Position numbers and translations under genes: made by a program
The notes under the pieces: model-generated
Databases searched by the model: none
What the model was told of the DNA's origin: nothing
What the model saw: the letters and a program-made list of their open reading frames with translations, nothing else
Shown: positions 42,221 to 56,067 of the stretch, one piece after another
Layout: every line of letters begins with the position of its first letter
Numbering within the stretch: the stretch's first letter is position 1
Virus record (IMG/VR): IMGVR_UViG_3300031760_000034
Coordinates: 10,980 to 74,979 of that record
Strand: one strand, 5' to 3'
Length of the DNA stretch: 64,000 bases
Source: a virus
Lineage: Duplodnaviria > Caudoviricetes

Positions 42221-44519
42221 AAGGCTTTATATATTTATACGCTGTATAAGATGTGGGAAATACAGGGGCTGTCAACGAATAATTATTGCCCCAAAACAAT
42301 TCTGGGTTTTTTAGTCTAGAATTGGCTTTGATTCCCCAATCTTTTTTCAGATTATAATTTCCAGAATACGTTGGACTTATAGAACTTGTAGTAGACTTCT
42401 TCTTAGTTTTATTAGTATCTGTAGTTTTTACCATAGACTAAATTTCATCTTTTTTTAAGTCCATATCCTACTGATACAAATTCATCATTCTATCAAATTG
42501 ATTCTACTTAAACGCATTCTGCCAATAACTACCAACAGAGTCGATCATATTACGCATACCCATTTGCATACCTTGCTGTCTGGCAGCATGTGCTTTAGCA
42601 TACATATCCTCATCCCATTGGTAAGCTGCCATCTAAGCTTGTCTATCAGCCTAACCTGCATTTAGTGCAGCTGTTGCATACGCAGATTTATATTGATTTC
42701 TTTGATTCTACAAACTCGCTAACATGTTTGCAATATTCTATTGTGTATTGTGCAAAGCCGCAAGTCTGGATAATGTTCTCTGACCAGTACTAAGACCTCC
42801 AGACATATCAATAGCTTTATTACTTCTAGCCTCTGCGTTTCTGAGTTGTGTTGTTATAGGATATGGATTTATATCCAGCGAAGCTAATGTAGTAAGAGCC
42901 TCTTGCTCATACGGGTTAGCTCTATATGAATTTGTCTTTTTTGGAGTACTATTCTTAGCTTCTAGCCACTAAGACAGTCCTCCAAGAGCACCAATTCCGG
43001 ACGTTATTGCATTTCCTAACCATCCGTTATCAAATTTTGGCAATCTTCCATTTTTTGCCGTTTCAAGTCTATTCTTTAACATTTCTCTAGTTCCTTCATA
43101 GTCTCCTGTCATAGCATAATAATCAGAAAGACCGTCTTTATTTGTTACTACCATATCTCCAGGATTCAGATATGCGTATTCTGTATCCTTATTATTCTTT
43201 TTACCAGGAATTCTGTATGCAGATCCTGTGTTGACGTTTACTATTTCCTCACCACTTGATACTTTTGCGTTTGGTTTAATATTTATAGGTCCAAATGCAC
43301 TGAATGTGGGTTTGCCTGTCTGTGAATATACAGGTAATTTTATAAACGGTGTATCAACTCCATTGTTATAGCGAGGTAATTTACCTTCTTTAGCGCCATA
43401 TAAATACTAAGATTCAGAATCACCATACTCTTTTGCGTTCTGAATTTGTATAGCTTTAGTTTGGGCGCTAAATCTAGAAGAATCCTGCAACGCATTGATT
43501 TTAGCATTTTGTTTAGCAAGCATTTCCCTGTACCTACGTTTTCTAGATGCACCACCAAATAATCCAACTCCAAGTCCAACAATAGCTCCAATTGCAGTTC
43601 CCCATCCTGGCAATATAGCTGTACCAAGAGCAGCACCGCTACCTACGGCCTTAAGGGTATTTCCTGTATTCTCCTTCTTAACTTTGTCCAACTCGTCGCC
43701 TACATTAATCGTATTGGGAGACTCATAACCAACCCCTCCAATAGACATGTTAGACGTACCTTGTCTATTTGCAATTTCATCCCCAGTTTCATTTACAGAG
43801 AATGAGTTGATGGCATCTCCTGCGAACTAAACGCCACTTGTTACAACACTTCCAATGCCAGACCAATTAAATCCTTTTCCACCAGCAGCCCCAGACCCGA
43901 GTCTTTTTGCACCTCCTGAAGTAGACCCTATAGAATTCTACAATATCTAATTACTTTTATTCAAATCCATAGGTTTGCCACTGCCGATTGAATTTGCAAG
44001 AGCTCCTATCTGACCAATAGCTGCGGCTCGCTATGAACCACTGCTCCAATCTATTGTTGGAGTAAACGTTGGTTGTTTGTAATTACTTCCTCCAAATCCA
44101 TTCTGATCAAGTAACTACGACCCGTTAGGAGAAGTAAGAGAGCTTTTTATTGTACTAAGTGATGTATTAAAAGACGGACTAGATGAAGATTGTATAAAGC
44201 TCGGCGCTGTAGTAAGACTGGGGCCAGAAGAAATATTAGTTACAGATGGCATGGATGTACTACCTATACTAGTTGTTTCCGGCGTTGTTACTGAGTTATT
44301 AAACTACTAATTGCCCCATCCTCCGTAGCTATCTGCTAAAGATGTATTACTAGTACTGGACGACGTTGATGACTGCTACTATCCAGGTATACCGTTCTCA
44401 AATTTTGGCAGATTGTTTATCTATTTATATCCTACAGTTTTGCTACTATCAGAAGATCCTATAGAAGAATATACACTTCCTCCAGCATTTTTAAAACTTT
44501 TTAATCCAGTTAACTCCAT
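42198..44519 (-). CDS. Virion internal/cargo protein (773 aa with TAG=Gln), S/T/G-rich, with three LP[KR][FY]xxG motifs and glycine-rich hydrophobic segments
   Basis: ATG 44519 to TAA 42198 with only TAG interruptions. GAALGTAILPGWGTAIGAIVGLG is a membrane-like segment. Confidence 0.8.
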
Positions 44520-47500
44520 GACATTCTATATTTAGTTACTACATATTGCAATGAGAAGTCAGTAGAGTTACTGTTAGAAGATATTTCACATTGCATTGTT
44601 TTACCTCGCATTCTATCACCATAAGAACTATCTGCGTTCCTTGGGATATCTAAGCGGAAATCGTATTCTCTATTTGTTATTTGATTACCGTGAGCAGTAC
44701 TATGTTGCTTAAGGGGGGTATAGAAATCAAATGTTATGTTATTAAGATTATCTCCTCCGTAGAACCTACCACCAAACGTAGATATGTCAAACACCTTTGG
44801 ATATTGTACATTATTGTTCACAACATATCGTATAGAAGGAGTGGCATTTGAATCAAACAACTTAGCATTACCTGGTTGAACAACTGACATTCTGTATATA
44901 TAATCCCCACTATTGTAGTATAATCTATCATCTACTACAGCTCTGTATGTAGGATTGAACGTATATATCGATGTAAAACACTATGTTTGCTCATTATATA
45001 CTATAGAACCATTGTTGACAACACTGGCTATCATCTCGTTGAATTTATTATCGTAACTTAAGCTTGGGTGAGATACTGATGAATTGTCGTTTATATACTT
45101 TCTTACATTCTTTATCTTTGTAAGAGGCCCTAACTCCATTCCTCCAGTATATGATAATATCTCTCTATTATGGCCATCCCAGAAATATTGAGTGCTGTTG
45201 GACTATGTCTCTGCTTCATATTGGTTCGGCAGCATTCCATATAACGTAGATATATAATCATAGCGCTGTAATACATCTCCGGTACCAAGTATAATTTGGT
45301 TGTCTGACGCATCATTTAATACAGTACGCTCATTAATACTAAGTATACCGGTGGCATTATTCTACCAGAATAACATAGTATCTTTAAACAACCTCATATT
45401 AGTAATACACCCAAATCTACTATCTACATCGAGGAAATCCATGGCCTTAAAATTCAGCCAATTATCTATATGTTCGCCGTTTGTTTTAGGTTGAGAATAG
45501 TGTACTCTAGTATCACAGTTTGCAGTGTCTATACTGGTATATTTTATAGCGCTGTACATCATTGCGTTTGTTGGAGCACTGTAAGCAGTATTATATAAAT
45601 ATGAGTCAAGATTTTGTGTAAAGCCGTTTGTTATAGCAGCCGCTTTATCTTGTATATAATATCTATACTAACTGTCTATTTTATTGTATGTGTCACCCCA
45701 AGTAGCAGAAAGATCTATATCAGATTCAACAGGTATCATATATACACCAGCCTGTCTTACTCCAGCTGGCATGTTTGGTTCATACCAAGCATGAGATGCA
45801 TTGTATACAAAAAGGCCTGGATAGCAGTCTCCGTCGAATACTTGTATAACATCACCCTCTTTAGCAATGTTACCAGCAGACATATAAGAACTGGTTTTTA
45901 TACTACCTTCTCCACCATACGGAACCATTCCCTTCTTTCTAAGTCTCAACAAAGGATACGTCATAGTAGGCATTGTGGCATCAGAATTTGCTGTAAAACC
46001 TACACCACTACTAGATGTATTATAAGCCCACGATGATATAACCATTGACTTATCGAGATGCATGATCATACACTTTCCTGTACTGCCAGTAGGATAAAAC
46101 ACAGGATATCTTTTTCTAATACCTCTACTCTCTCCGCCTGTTCTAGGTGGAATAGAATCTTCGTTCTTCATATGTCCTACAGGATCTGCTACTCCTAATA
46201 ATAACGGAGAACTCCAGCATGAATATGTTGTACCAGATCCAACAGGAACCACATCGTTTGCCCAGTTTGTTTTATTTTCGTCAGATCCAACAAAATTGTC
46301 AAACGCGGGTACATTAGAATATCCTACATCTTTTATAGAAAACTTTCGATCGTCTACACTTTCTTGATTAATAAATGCAGCCAACCCTACATAAGCGGAT
46401 ATTGTATCTCTAGTTGCGTTTAATGATTCTTCTCCTATTAAACCAAACTGATCATTTATCAAAGGAGAATCATGTAAACTTAAATTTATCCACGCACTAG
46501 CTAATGTAAAGCACCATACATCCTAAACGTTCTATAATGAATCTTGGTCTAGTTTATCGCTTATAAACGGAGGCATGAATTTTAAATCAATAAAAAATCC
46601 TCCATTTGTTAAGTCAGCTCCTTGTGTACCTATACTCAATGCAGCATACGGTGGTTCAACTGTAGATCCTGTAAGAGCTACCGGTTTATTATTATCTACC
46701 CAGCTTCTTACCCCGTAACGATCACCGTTTATTACATACTTCATAGCAATGTGACTATGCATGTTGTATTTTACGTCTAAGAATAGGTTGTTTTTATCGG
46801 ACTTTATTATATTCTTAATATCGTCAGATTGATATACGTACTCCGGAGTAGAGAACATTAAGTAATCATTGTCACTTATTGCCCTATTGGACATAATCCA
46901 TTCATCGTCTTCTTCAGCCTCACTACTATCCGCATATAGCAATGTAGTAGTCATATATCCAGTTGGGCATATATATTGTGTCTTCTCGTATTCCTAATCA
47001 CTAGATTGCTTCTTATGATATATACGATATGGGAACCCTCCGATACCTTCCGTGATAGTTATTCTATCAGATTGTGTTCTTGGTACACGAACTATTTCAA
47101 CAGCCACAACACCTTCTGGTAACGACTTTATTTTAAAGTCTATACCTATTTGGTGTGTCATATAGAAGAATGGAGACTGTACTCCAGTATAGTTTCTTTC
47201 TACTGTTGAGAATGTTGGATATAACACACGTCCTCTAGCAAATTGATATCTGTATAAAAGACTGCTGTTTGTAGTATGTAGGACAGGACTCATAATATCG
47301 GCTATCCATTTTACAGACGACTTATTTCCACGCTCATCATAAAATACAGCACCGTATCTATATACTTCTCCTTGTCTTAATGAACATAATTGCTCAGTAG
47401 TCTGTTGTAATTCTGTAGAAGAATTAAATATATACTTGCGATTTTCTCTATCTATTCCTACGGGGCGTACATTATATGTCCACTCTAGATATCTACCAGA

Positions 47501-48661
47501 ACCTCCAAGCGTATTTGGATCTGTGGCTTGTCCAGTAGAATTACACATTAACCAATAGTCTTTATCAAAGGTTAGTATGTGTTCTGAATCTAATTGTTTA
47601 TTATAGCTAAGCAACTAACCATTCTCGTAGTCTCCAGTAGATACGCATCGTACATCAGAATCTTTTATTAATTCATCTATTTCGCTTTGTAAGTATGTTA
47701 TATTTCCTGCGAATAAATAGTTGTTTTTTGATTCTATTACTTTTGGCTTGAATGCAAATTTTACAGTAGACAAGAATTCAGCAGCGTCTAAAGATTCTAT
47801 ATTAACTCCGGTATCTATAAAATCACCTTCAGATATCAACGTATCGTCATATACTAAGTTTACTGCTGGCAATTGTCCAACCTGAACATAAGATATTCTG
47901 AATATCTACATCATATCTATAGAACCTTCAGGTGATTTAGGCAACACTACCCTTACTGCCTTAGAACTATGTTTGTCTGTTTCTGTATACCCTTCATTAG
48001 GAGATTTGTACAATGTAACTACATTGCTCATAGTAGATATCTGAGTGGCAGCACCACCAAGTTTATAATATCTATACGCATATTGTACTTTTACTCCTGG
48101 TATTTGACCTGCAGTTTCTGTAAGTTGAGCTTTTGCAGGCGCCATAAATTCTTCGACAGTTATAATAATACTATCAATACCTAAAAGTGGTTCTGGAGCA
48201 GATCCTGTGAAATTGATATATGGAGAAAGATTTATGTACATAAGTTGGTTTACTCCGTCTGCTATATACAGTTTTATGAGTTTCTCGTTCTCATATCTCG
48301 TAACCAAGCTTAAATATTCTCCAAAAATCTCATCTTTCTTTGATTCGTATGCACAAATCCAACCAGTATTACCAGTTGTTGTGTGCACATATATGTAATT
48401 TCTATTATTTTTATAGCTAACGACGATTATATTATCTCTTATAGACGTCATAGCTTTGATAGTACCTCCAGTAAACTGGTCCCAGTTTAACTATTCTGTA
48501 CCATCTGTGACTCTTAATTCGCCACTATTTTCATCTGTATTAGTAACAAGCCTTACGTTTTTAGCACTCCTATACTGACTATTATCCATCAACATGTCAG
48601 ACACATCAGTATTCATGCCTTTGGTAAAAGTATTTATCTGTTGGTTATTATTAACATCCAT
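44510..48661 (-). CDS. Tail stabilisation/muzzle protein (P22 gp10-like; 1383 aa with TAG=Gln)
   Basis: N-terminus 'QINTFTKGMNTDVSD...QYRSAKNVR' is typical of this crAss family. Six track fragments plus gaps are in one frame. Confidence 0.82.
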
Positions 48662-49589
48662 GATAATAGTCGTTATAGGTTATTTCTTCTTTATTCAGAT
48701 CTTTAAAGAACATATCATCGGCTTCATAATCTGGTATCAATCTATGCCAGTCTCTCTTTATATTCTTCATATCATCTGCAGTAGGCATCATAGCTTCTGC
48801 ATACGCCTGACTTCTATAGAAGTTCCATTGTTGTTGAATATAAAAATATGTATCTCTAGAGAACTTTGCAGCATACTTAGAACTAGCTCCACTTAGCGTG
48901 CCAGACATAAACTTAGGGAATGCGAGTTTCATTACAACATACCAATAGATTGCCTCCTAGTATGAAGTAAGGTCTGGAATTAGTGGATAGCCACGTTCGT
49001 CTGTAGCTATTGCCTTATACACAATCTTTATAAATCCTTTATTTTTGTTTGTTACAATCCATCCAGGTTTAATGAAGTATTCAGGAGTATCATTCAATAT
49101 TCCTTTTGAGACCATTCTATCTACATACTTCATTGTATTCATTGTGTACATTTGTGATTGTGACGTAATTCCTCTTTTTGGAATAGGATTTTCTAACACC
49201 ACGTTTTGTTCGACCGCTTTATTCTCAAAGTCGTGTTCTGGAACAAAGTGCTATGCAAACTATGGTCTTTGTGGCTTTTTATAAGATTTTATTAAAGATG
49301 TACTCTTCATCATTGGTATCCACGGACCATCTTGTTTAGTAGAATATGCTAGCCCATCCAATACGACAAGGTCTGCTGGAATAGGTATTTGATTATCCTA
49401 AATTGAAAATATAGGGGTGCCATCTACCCCAGATTCTTTACTGATATACTACATCGGCGCACCAATCTTGTCTACGGCTTCAAATATCCATTCTCTGATG
49501 TCTGAGGTCCTATGCCTTACTTCAGTAGAATCTAAATCAGCCATAATTTTAGCAATGACTGATTCACACTTTATATAATTGTATATCAT
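48651..49589 (-). CDS. Tail tubular/ring protein (P22 gp4-like; 312 aa with TAG=Gln)
   Basis: 'MIYNYIKCESVIAKIMADL...IREWIFEAVDKIG', 'FIKPGWIVTN', 'DERGYPLIPD'. Overlaps both neighbours. Confidence 0.78.
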
Positions 49590-50007
49590 TTATATCCAAA
49601 TAGTCTTGTTTGTTAAATATAAGTTGCGCTAGTCTACGCTTGTTCTATCTTACGAAACATAGTTGGTATTTATATCTGTCTGGGAATGTGCGAGGTATTT
49701 TAGACCAGTATAATCTATACTTATACCCATTCGAATGTTCATTCAAATGATATATTCGTTTGTCATATTCTCGACTAGCTTTATAATCTATAGATAAGGA
49801 CTTGTCATTAAGCGCTTTAGGTAAGTATTTACCTACTTGTATAAAACCTAGCCCAAATGGCATTTTAAAGCCATCTGAGCTGTTTAATATAGCGTCTAGT
49901 ATAATTCTGCACATTTCTTCTAATATGCGCTTATATAGCCCGTAATCTATCTTTATCGGCATTGTATTATACAGGTCCCTAAATGTTATAGATTTTTTAT
50001 TCTTCAT
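49564..50007 (-). CDS. IHF/HU-like DNA-binding protein (147 aa with TAG=Gln)
   Basis: 'FKMPFGLGFIQV' HU-like beta arm. Read-through gives 'FVRQNKRRLAQLI' and a TGA stop at 49564. Confidence 0.7.
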
Positions 50008-50731
50008 CGTCTTGTGGACCGTGTGGCTTTACACTAGCAAGCGTAGCATTATTACTATCGTCGCTAGGTCTGTTAAGCATAAATGCCAATTCGTTCTTCA
50101 TTATCAATTCTTTGATTGGTGGTACCATCCACCCAGGGATCATAACATCATCTTCGTCAGGTGCATCTGGATCATCTCCATCCTCTATTTCGAATGGGAT
50201 CTCTTTCAAATATAACACATATACGTATTCCAACTGCCCTTGATCTACTAATCCCTGTACATAAATATGACCGTCATTCTTATAATGAGCAGTCATCTCT
50301 CCGAACGTATACTTTCTCCAGTAAGCATAATGTCTACGTACATGATTCATATACTGTATATTCTCACCTAACATGTCGTGTACAGCGAGAATACTACCTT
50401 CGTTGTTGTCAAGTACGTTCTCAAGCGGTTCTTCAGTACGCTTTGTATACGTAGGAACCCCATCGTCTTGAGGTTCTACTTCCACAAGCTTCAGGGGTCC
50501 TACTTCTACACGAGAGATAAACTCATTATCTTCTGCAGTCTCATCATCCAATGCACCTTGTTTTCTAGCAAGTTTGCGCTTATCTAATTCGTCTTTCCAG
50601 ATCTTTGCGCCATACTAGTTAATCCAAGCGTGAATATGAGCCCTTGAGAAGTCTTCACTCTCGCTAATATTATTATTTCTTACCATGAGAAGAATATCAT
50701 CTGTAATCGTCTTTAGTGAAATCTTCGCCAT
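49997..50731 (-). CDS. Tail ring/neck protein (244 aa with TAG=Gln)
   Basis: ATG 50731 'MAKISLKTITDDILL...HAWINQY'; a single TAG. Confidence 0.7.
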
Positions 50732-50732
50732 G

Positions 50733-51386
50733 TTATTTCGTTGTTACTTCAATTACTTTAACGTCATCGGTTTGTATGATGTCGTTAGTATTCTTTATTT
50801 CGTACCTAGTAGTTTTAACTTTCTTAAAATCTAAGGTAAATAGTCTCTTAAAGAAGCTTTTCTTATTCTTGTAGTGCTTTTCAGTATACACATACAAGTA
50901 CTAAGTATTCTTAATATTTAATTTTATACTAACAGTATCTTTGCTTATAGCATAATATACTGAAGTAAGATCATTGAACTGTATACTATCTTTGTATACA
51001 CTATCTTTTATTGCAGTAGTTATATCCTACTTTGTTGCTTTACTACCAATAACGTTTATACTCTAGGTTTGCGTTGCAGCTGTTTTTACATGTTTTGCCT
51101 TTATCTTCAACTTATCCCTAACGCTATCTAACTGGTGTACGAGCTTATCATTATATTGTTGTAACTCATTTATGTCAAGCTATAGAACATTATTGGCCTA
51201 CTAGGATCCCTCTAAGGAACCCTAATAGGCCTCAATGTTGTTCTAAGCCCTTTCTAGGCTTTCTGACAGCTTTTTATTCTCACAGCTAAGAGTTATACCC
51301 CAAGCCATTAAAAGTGCCACAGAGAGGCCTAAAATGGCCCGTATAAGCTTATTCTTTTGAGTCACTAGGTAACCTAGTATTCCCAT
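50733..51386 (-). CDS. Spanin-like membrane-anchored coiled-coil protein (217 aa, 8 TAG codons; absent from the ORF track)
   Basis: ATG 51386, TM helix 'IRAILGLSVALLMAWGITLSC', coiled coil, beta-rich C-terminus 'KKSFFKRLF', TAA 50733. Directly downstream of the holin-like gene. Confidence 0.7.
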
Positions 51387-51600
51387 TTTTCACAATCTAT
51401 TTTAATTCGCTATATTTTCCGTTCCAATACATAGTAACTCCGAAGATGCTGGCCGCATAGATCAGCGTCTGAGCTACATAACCAAGCACTCCATGTGAAA
51501 TATCCCCTGAATCAAAATACTGGATGAATGTAAGAACCATGCCGCTAGTAAGCGAAGCTACGGCGGTGGTGTATTGTACAATGTCTTTCCAGTTTTTCAT
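51349..51600 (-). CDS. Holin-like two-TM protein (83 aa with TAG=Gln)
   Basis: Two hydrophobic helices and a charged C-tail; one TAG at 51397, TAA at 51349. Confidence 0.7.
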
Positions 51601-51602
51601 AA

Positions 51603-52361
51603 TTAATCTCCTTCATACCATCCGGCAATGCTGTCCATGTCGATTGATACAGGAACATCATCGGTTCTGTTAAGAATCATGTTGTTTCCAACAAGAAGAC
51701 CTCCGTTAACATAAACGTCATCAAATATGATATCTTGAAGATCTTCCGCGTTAGCGGTTCCTTCTGCCGGTGATTCTACATTTGTAAACATTGTTACTCC
51801 AGTATCAATACCTTCTTCAGTAGTAGATACTAACTGAAACACGTCCGGCATGTCTACTTGTAACGTTTTCATGTTTTCCACATTGTAACCAGGAGCATAT
51901 ACATTGGCCACTACAACCAATTTATATACGCCGGTTGCAAGTTGATGTTTCGCAGGGAAATAAACACTAATTAAATTCTGAGCTCCAGTAGCCTAGCATG
52001 CTGCTTTATATTGAATACAGCTAGCTATACTAGCGAGTTCTTTATTTTGCTTGTCGAAAGGTGTTACACCAAAACCACTATAAACACCACATGCGTTTAC
52101 TGGGTACGCATTATATGTTGGTGTGCCACATCCACTCAAACACCACGGAGTAGTATTGTAGTCGTGTGAGAATGGCTCCCTCGGGAATCTACCTACAAAT
52201 TTTGCACGCTCTTTGAGCTTTGCTTCGTACTCAGCAAGTTTAGTAGTATTTACAAGATATGCGGTGACTTGTCTTACGGCAAGTGTGTCATCTCCATTAA
52301 GAACTTGTTTACGAAGATCTACAGCAAGACGAATGTCGTTTCCTATTCTAATTTTCTTCAT
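51603..52361 (-). CDS. Putative virion protein (252 aa with TAG=Gln)
   Basis: Starts 'MKKIRIGNDIRLAVDLR'; track fragments 51993-52421 and 51603-51920 are joined by one TAG. Confidence 0.7.
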
Positions 52362-52375
52362 AATGCTGTATTTAT

Positions 52376-52413
52376 GAAAAAAGCTAGAGACGGGCAGAAG
52401 CCCTACCCTAGCT
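52376..52413 (-). terminator. Intrinsic terminator after the auxiliary capsid gene
   Basis: Minus strand reads AGCTAGGG-TA-GGGC-TTCT-GCCC-GT-CTCTAGCT followed by TTTTC. Confidence 0.7.
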
Positions 52414-52427
52414 AAATTCAATTAATA

Positions 52428-53516
52428 TTAAGGATTAGATGGTGTGTTAGAGCCTGAGCTAGGAACAACACCATTTGCGAATGCGTCGAGAACAGCCTCG
52501 AGAGCAGCGGTCTTTACGGCATAAACCTCCAGAACCTGCTTGGTCTTACGCTGAATATCATCAGCAGCACGATACATGTTCTCGAACTCGAGAGTCAGAG
52601 CATTGTACTCCTTATCGAGCTGAGTCTCCATGTCAGGCTTAATGATAGGCCATGTGCCCTCGCCGCGATTCAGGATACCCAGGTAACCCATAGCCCATGC
52701 CTCACGGTCACGAACCAGCTTAGCAGAAGCAGCATAAGCTTTACCAGGAGTCTTAGTGATTACAACACCTGCAGGGAAGTTCTTGTTCTTAGAAGCCCAA
52801 CCATCAGCGTGAGGATCAGTCCAGTAGATGTTAGCGTTGAAACGAACCTTGTTGGCTACATTCAGCGTATCTACTGCGTCGTCATCGTCATAAGGAAGTG
52901 CTACGAGAGTCAGTACACCGTTAGAAGCAGAAGCCTGTACGCGAGCGCGCTTCCACTCCTTGTTAATCATGTTAGCGAAACCAGCTGCCATTGTCTCAGC
53001 AGTCTCACCATCATGAGTTGTGTACTCATAGCTCTCAGTCCACTTACGATAGCGGTGAGGCATATCCTTGTAAGTAAGACGAACGATTACGCGCTTGTCA
53101 GGATCAGACAAGATACGACCAGAACCAATCTCCTCGCAATTAGAGAAGTCAATAACTACTGTATCTTCGGTATCATCGAAGTATGTCATAGCGTTGAAGC
53201 TCTTAACATCAGCAGCCTTGATCTCATTTGACCACTTAACGATCGGCTGATAAACAGTTGTGCCGTCTGGCATACGAAGAGCCAGATTCTTCTTAGTTAC
53301 AATACCAATCTTAATGGTATTGATACTTGCAGCATTAGCAGCAGTAACTTCGTACAGCTTGTTAATAGCTACATCAGGATCACAGTTCATAATAATGAAC
53401 TTACCGGCATCAGCCGATGGAGTGTTGAGCTTGCTAGCATTTGCAGGAGCTGCACTAAGCAGGTTGCTTGCGTTATCCAGGTTGCTAACGAGCACAGTTG
53501 TTACGTAATTTAACAT
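52428..53516 (-). CDS. Auxiliary (decoration) capsid protein
   Basis: 362 aa with no TAG, high-expression codons, its own terminator, and position in the head cluster. Confidence 0.7.
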   Translation of the reverse strand: MLNYVTTVLVSNLDNASNLLSAAPANASKLNTPSADAGKFIIMNCDPDVAINKLYEVTAANAASINTIKIGIVTKKNLALRMPDGTTVYQPIVKWSNEIKAADVKSFNAMTYFDDTEDTVVIDFSNCEEIGSGRILSDPDKRVIVRLTYKDMPHRYRKWTESYEYTTHDGETAETMAAGFANMINKEWKRARVQASASNGVLTLVALPYDDDDAVDTLNVANKVRFNANIYWTDPHADGWASKNKNFPAGVVITKTPGKAYAASAKLVRDREAWAMGYLGILNRGEGTWPIIKPDMETQLDKEYNALTLEFENMYRAADDIQRKTKQVLEVYAVKTAALEAVLDAFANGVVPSSGSNTPSNP

Positions 53517-53599
53517 AATTTAATTGTTTAATTTTTTTCTACTCCCCCTATATTTCAATGTCTAGACCTAACTAGCTGGGGTTTCCACGTTAAAAATTC

Positions 53600-54289
53600 T
53601 TATTCTTGAGTTAGAACTTCATTTGTAATAGTCTTGTATCTTGGATCTGATTGGTTCTCAATATACATCTAAGCGGCTATTTTAATGATTTCCAACCATA
53701 TATGATCTGAAAAATCGTTGTATTCCTACATCGGATCTTCAGATGTAAGTTCAGTAGGCACCTTTAAGTAACCTATACTGTATGAGTCTATTTTATAGTT
53801 TTTGTCCGTCAGAAGTTTAAAACCATCTGCAGTACGTATTCTAAGCGGTCTTGCCCGATGAAACTTATAATGAAAGTCAGTGAGTTTGTTATTTATCCTG
53901 TACATAAAACTATCTGCAGTACATTCAAACACACACGTATCCATTTGATGCTCCCCATTCATATCTGATATAACAACGTCTTCATTAAGAACGAACATCA
54001 TATCTGTTGGATAATCGTAGTCATACTCATCATAATCAACATGAGCTACTGGATCGTCATTAGGTTCTATCGTAGTATTTATAAGTAGTTTTACAAGATC
54101 TCTAGTTCTCTTTTCATTCTACTCATAAGACGTCCTCTTCGGAATATTCCCGTTAAATCGGTCTTTGACAAATTTAACAACTGCTTGATTTATCCAGTAT
54201 AAAGAATCATCGGTAAGAGGCTTCTACATTATTGCATCTAACTTGTTTATCTCAAGTTCAAATGCTGCTAATATATCAACACATCTCAT
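53600..54289 (-). CDS. Tail ring protein (229 aa with TAG=Gln)
   Basis: 'YWINQAVVKFVK...SYEQNEKRTRDLVKL'; the EQ glutamine is a TAG (54119-54121). C-terminus 'EIIKIAAQMYIEN'. Confidence 0.78.
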
Positions 54290-54291
54290 AA

Positions 54292-55104
54292 TTATTCTTC
54301 ATCTTCGTTATCACGCTTTCTCCTTCTATCTTGCTATTGCTGCGCTTGCCTTTGCATTTGCTTCTTTCTCGCTTCTGCGCCAGCAACATATTGTACATAT
54401 AAATCCACAGCGCCTGTAACAAGATCGTCAAAGGCATCAATAGGAAGTTCGCATGGAGTAGACGTCATTAAATCAAAATGTTGAGGTTGCTTATAATACA
54501 ATACCTTTATACCCTCTACAGTAGTATATCTATCATAGATAACGCTGAGCGTAGGATTACCACTTTTATAAGTGTTTAAAACTGCTGCAGGATATCTCAG
54601 TATACGCAAACTGTCGTGAGGGGTCTCTATAAGTTTCCATACATCGTTCTGTGATGAAAGCATATTTGGAATAACCCGTATTGCACTACTTGCTGCTGAA
54701 GATGTAGACTTAAAACTGTACGTAGATGAAACTTTTGATACACTCCTAAGATATAAATAGAAATCGCTAGGTAATGTGTATGTTATTGATCTAGCAGTAT
54801 CAACGATAGAAATTCCATTAGGATCTGTAACGCCGGTAGTGTTATCTTGTGCTTCACTTACAGGTATCTCTTTAGACACAAGCATGCTTTGTAAAATACT
54901 TTCTACGTGAGCGGATGCTTTTGATCCTGCTGGTATATTATCCAAATTTCTATAAATATCGTGTATATACTTATCCTGATATTGATTTAAGAATGAATAT
55001 ATAGTATCGGTATCTAGTTTATCAATAAACTCTGTCTCTGGAATCATGGTCTGAACTCGTCTTTCGAATTCAATACCTAATTGTCGTGTTTCTGCTAATG
55101 TCAT
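54292..55104 (-). CDS. Tail ring protein (270 aa with TAG=Gln)
   Basis: 'LGIEFERR...IYSFLNQYQ', 'YYKQP', 'DDLVTGAVDLY'. TAG at 54334, TAA at 54292. Confidence 0.75.
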
Positions 55105-56045
55105 GCTTCAAGTCCTCTCATATTAAGTTTAGAATTAAGTCTCTGAGATTCCACATTCTCAAGAGCAAACGAAACGGCCAATGATATAAGTTCCTCTGCA
55201 ACAGTATCATTACACTCAAACTGATATATATCTTTTATACTTTGTGCATTTTGACTAGGACAGTCAAAGAAACTTACATCTACAGGATTGTTTCCTACAA
55301 ATGGGGCAGAGTTAAAGTCTTTAACAAACGTATTTGGCTTCTTAACAAATACCATGTGTGCAGCTGCACCTACTGATACGTAAGGCGGGTTTATTAAATC
55401 GTACACAACATTCACTTTGCCATTTTCAATATAACATACTGGAATTTTTATCCAGGGTACATTATAAGATGTAGCAAAAAACTTTTCAGCTGTCTAATGC
55501 GAAACAAGCCTTACAGGAATTCTCCTATACTTCTTAGAATCTATTGGAGTAAGTTCCGATTGTGCTGCAGGCGGTTCATAAGTATGTCCTGTAGTAACTT
55601 GAGCCTGAGGCATTTCGTAATCAGGATACCTGTGTTCAAAGTCTGTATTAGGACCTTCATAAACAGCATCTTCGTTTACATTCAGTCCAGTAGAATCTGA
55701 GCTCTTGGTCTTCTGTATAAGGTACATCTGTACAAAATACAAAAAGTTTTGTGGCAAATTCAATGTTGCGATGTTTATAGCAACCTCATCTCCACTAGCA
55801 TCAAAGTCTTGGAATACTGGATGAGCGTGTGCGATAAGTGGCTGTAAATCTGAAATAGACTTAATGTCTGTTTCTAATGCAGAACGCCTAACGTTATTAC
55901 CAGTAATTTTCTGAGCAATTAGAGCATTATATGCTTTATCTAAGACGGTAGCAACTTCATATTCGGTCAACGATGGATATGACGAAGTAACATTAGCCTT
56001 GTCATATTCTATCATGAATTTAGTATATATGTCTTTATGCGTCAT
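55101..56045 (-). CDS. Tail ring protein (314 aa with TAG=Gln)
   Basis: 'FMIEYDK...EYEVATVLDKAY', 'FVKKP', 'ELISLAV'; two fragments joined by one TAG. Confidence 0.75.
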
Positions 56046-56067
56046 ATCTCATGTTTTGATCGTTAGA

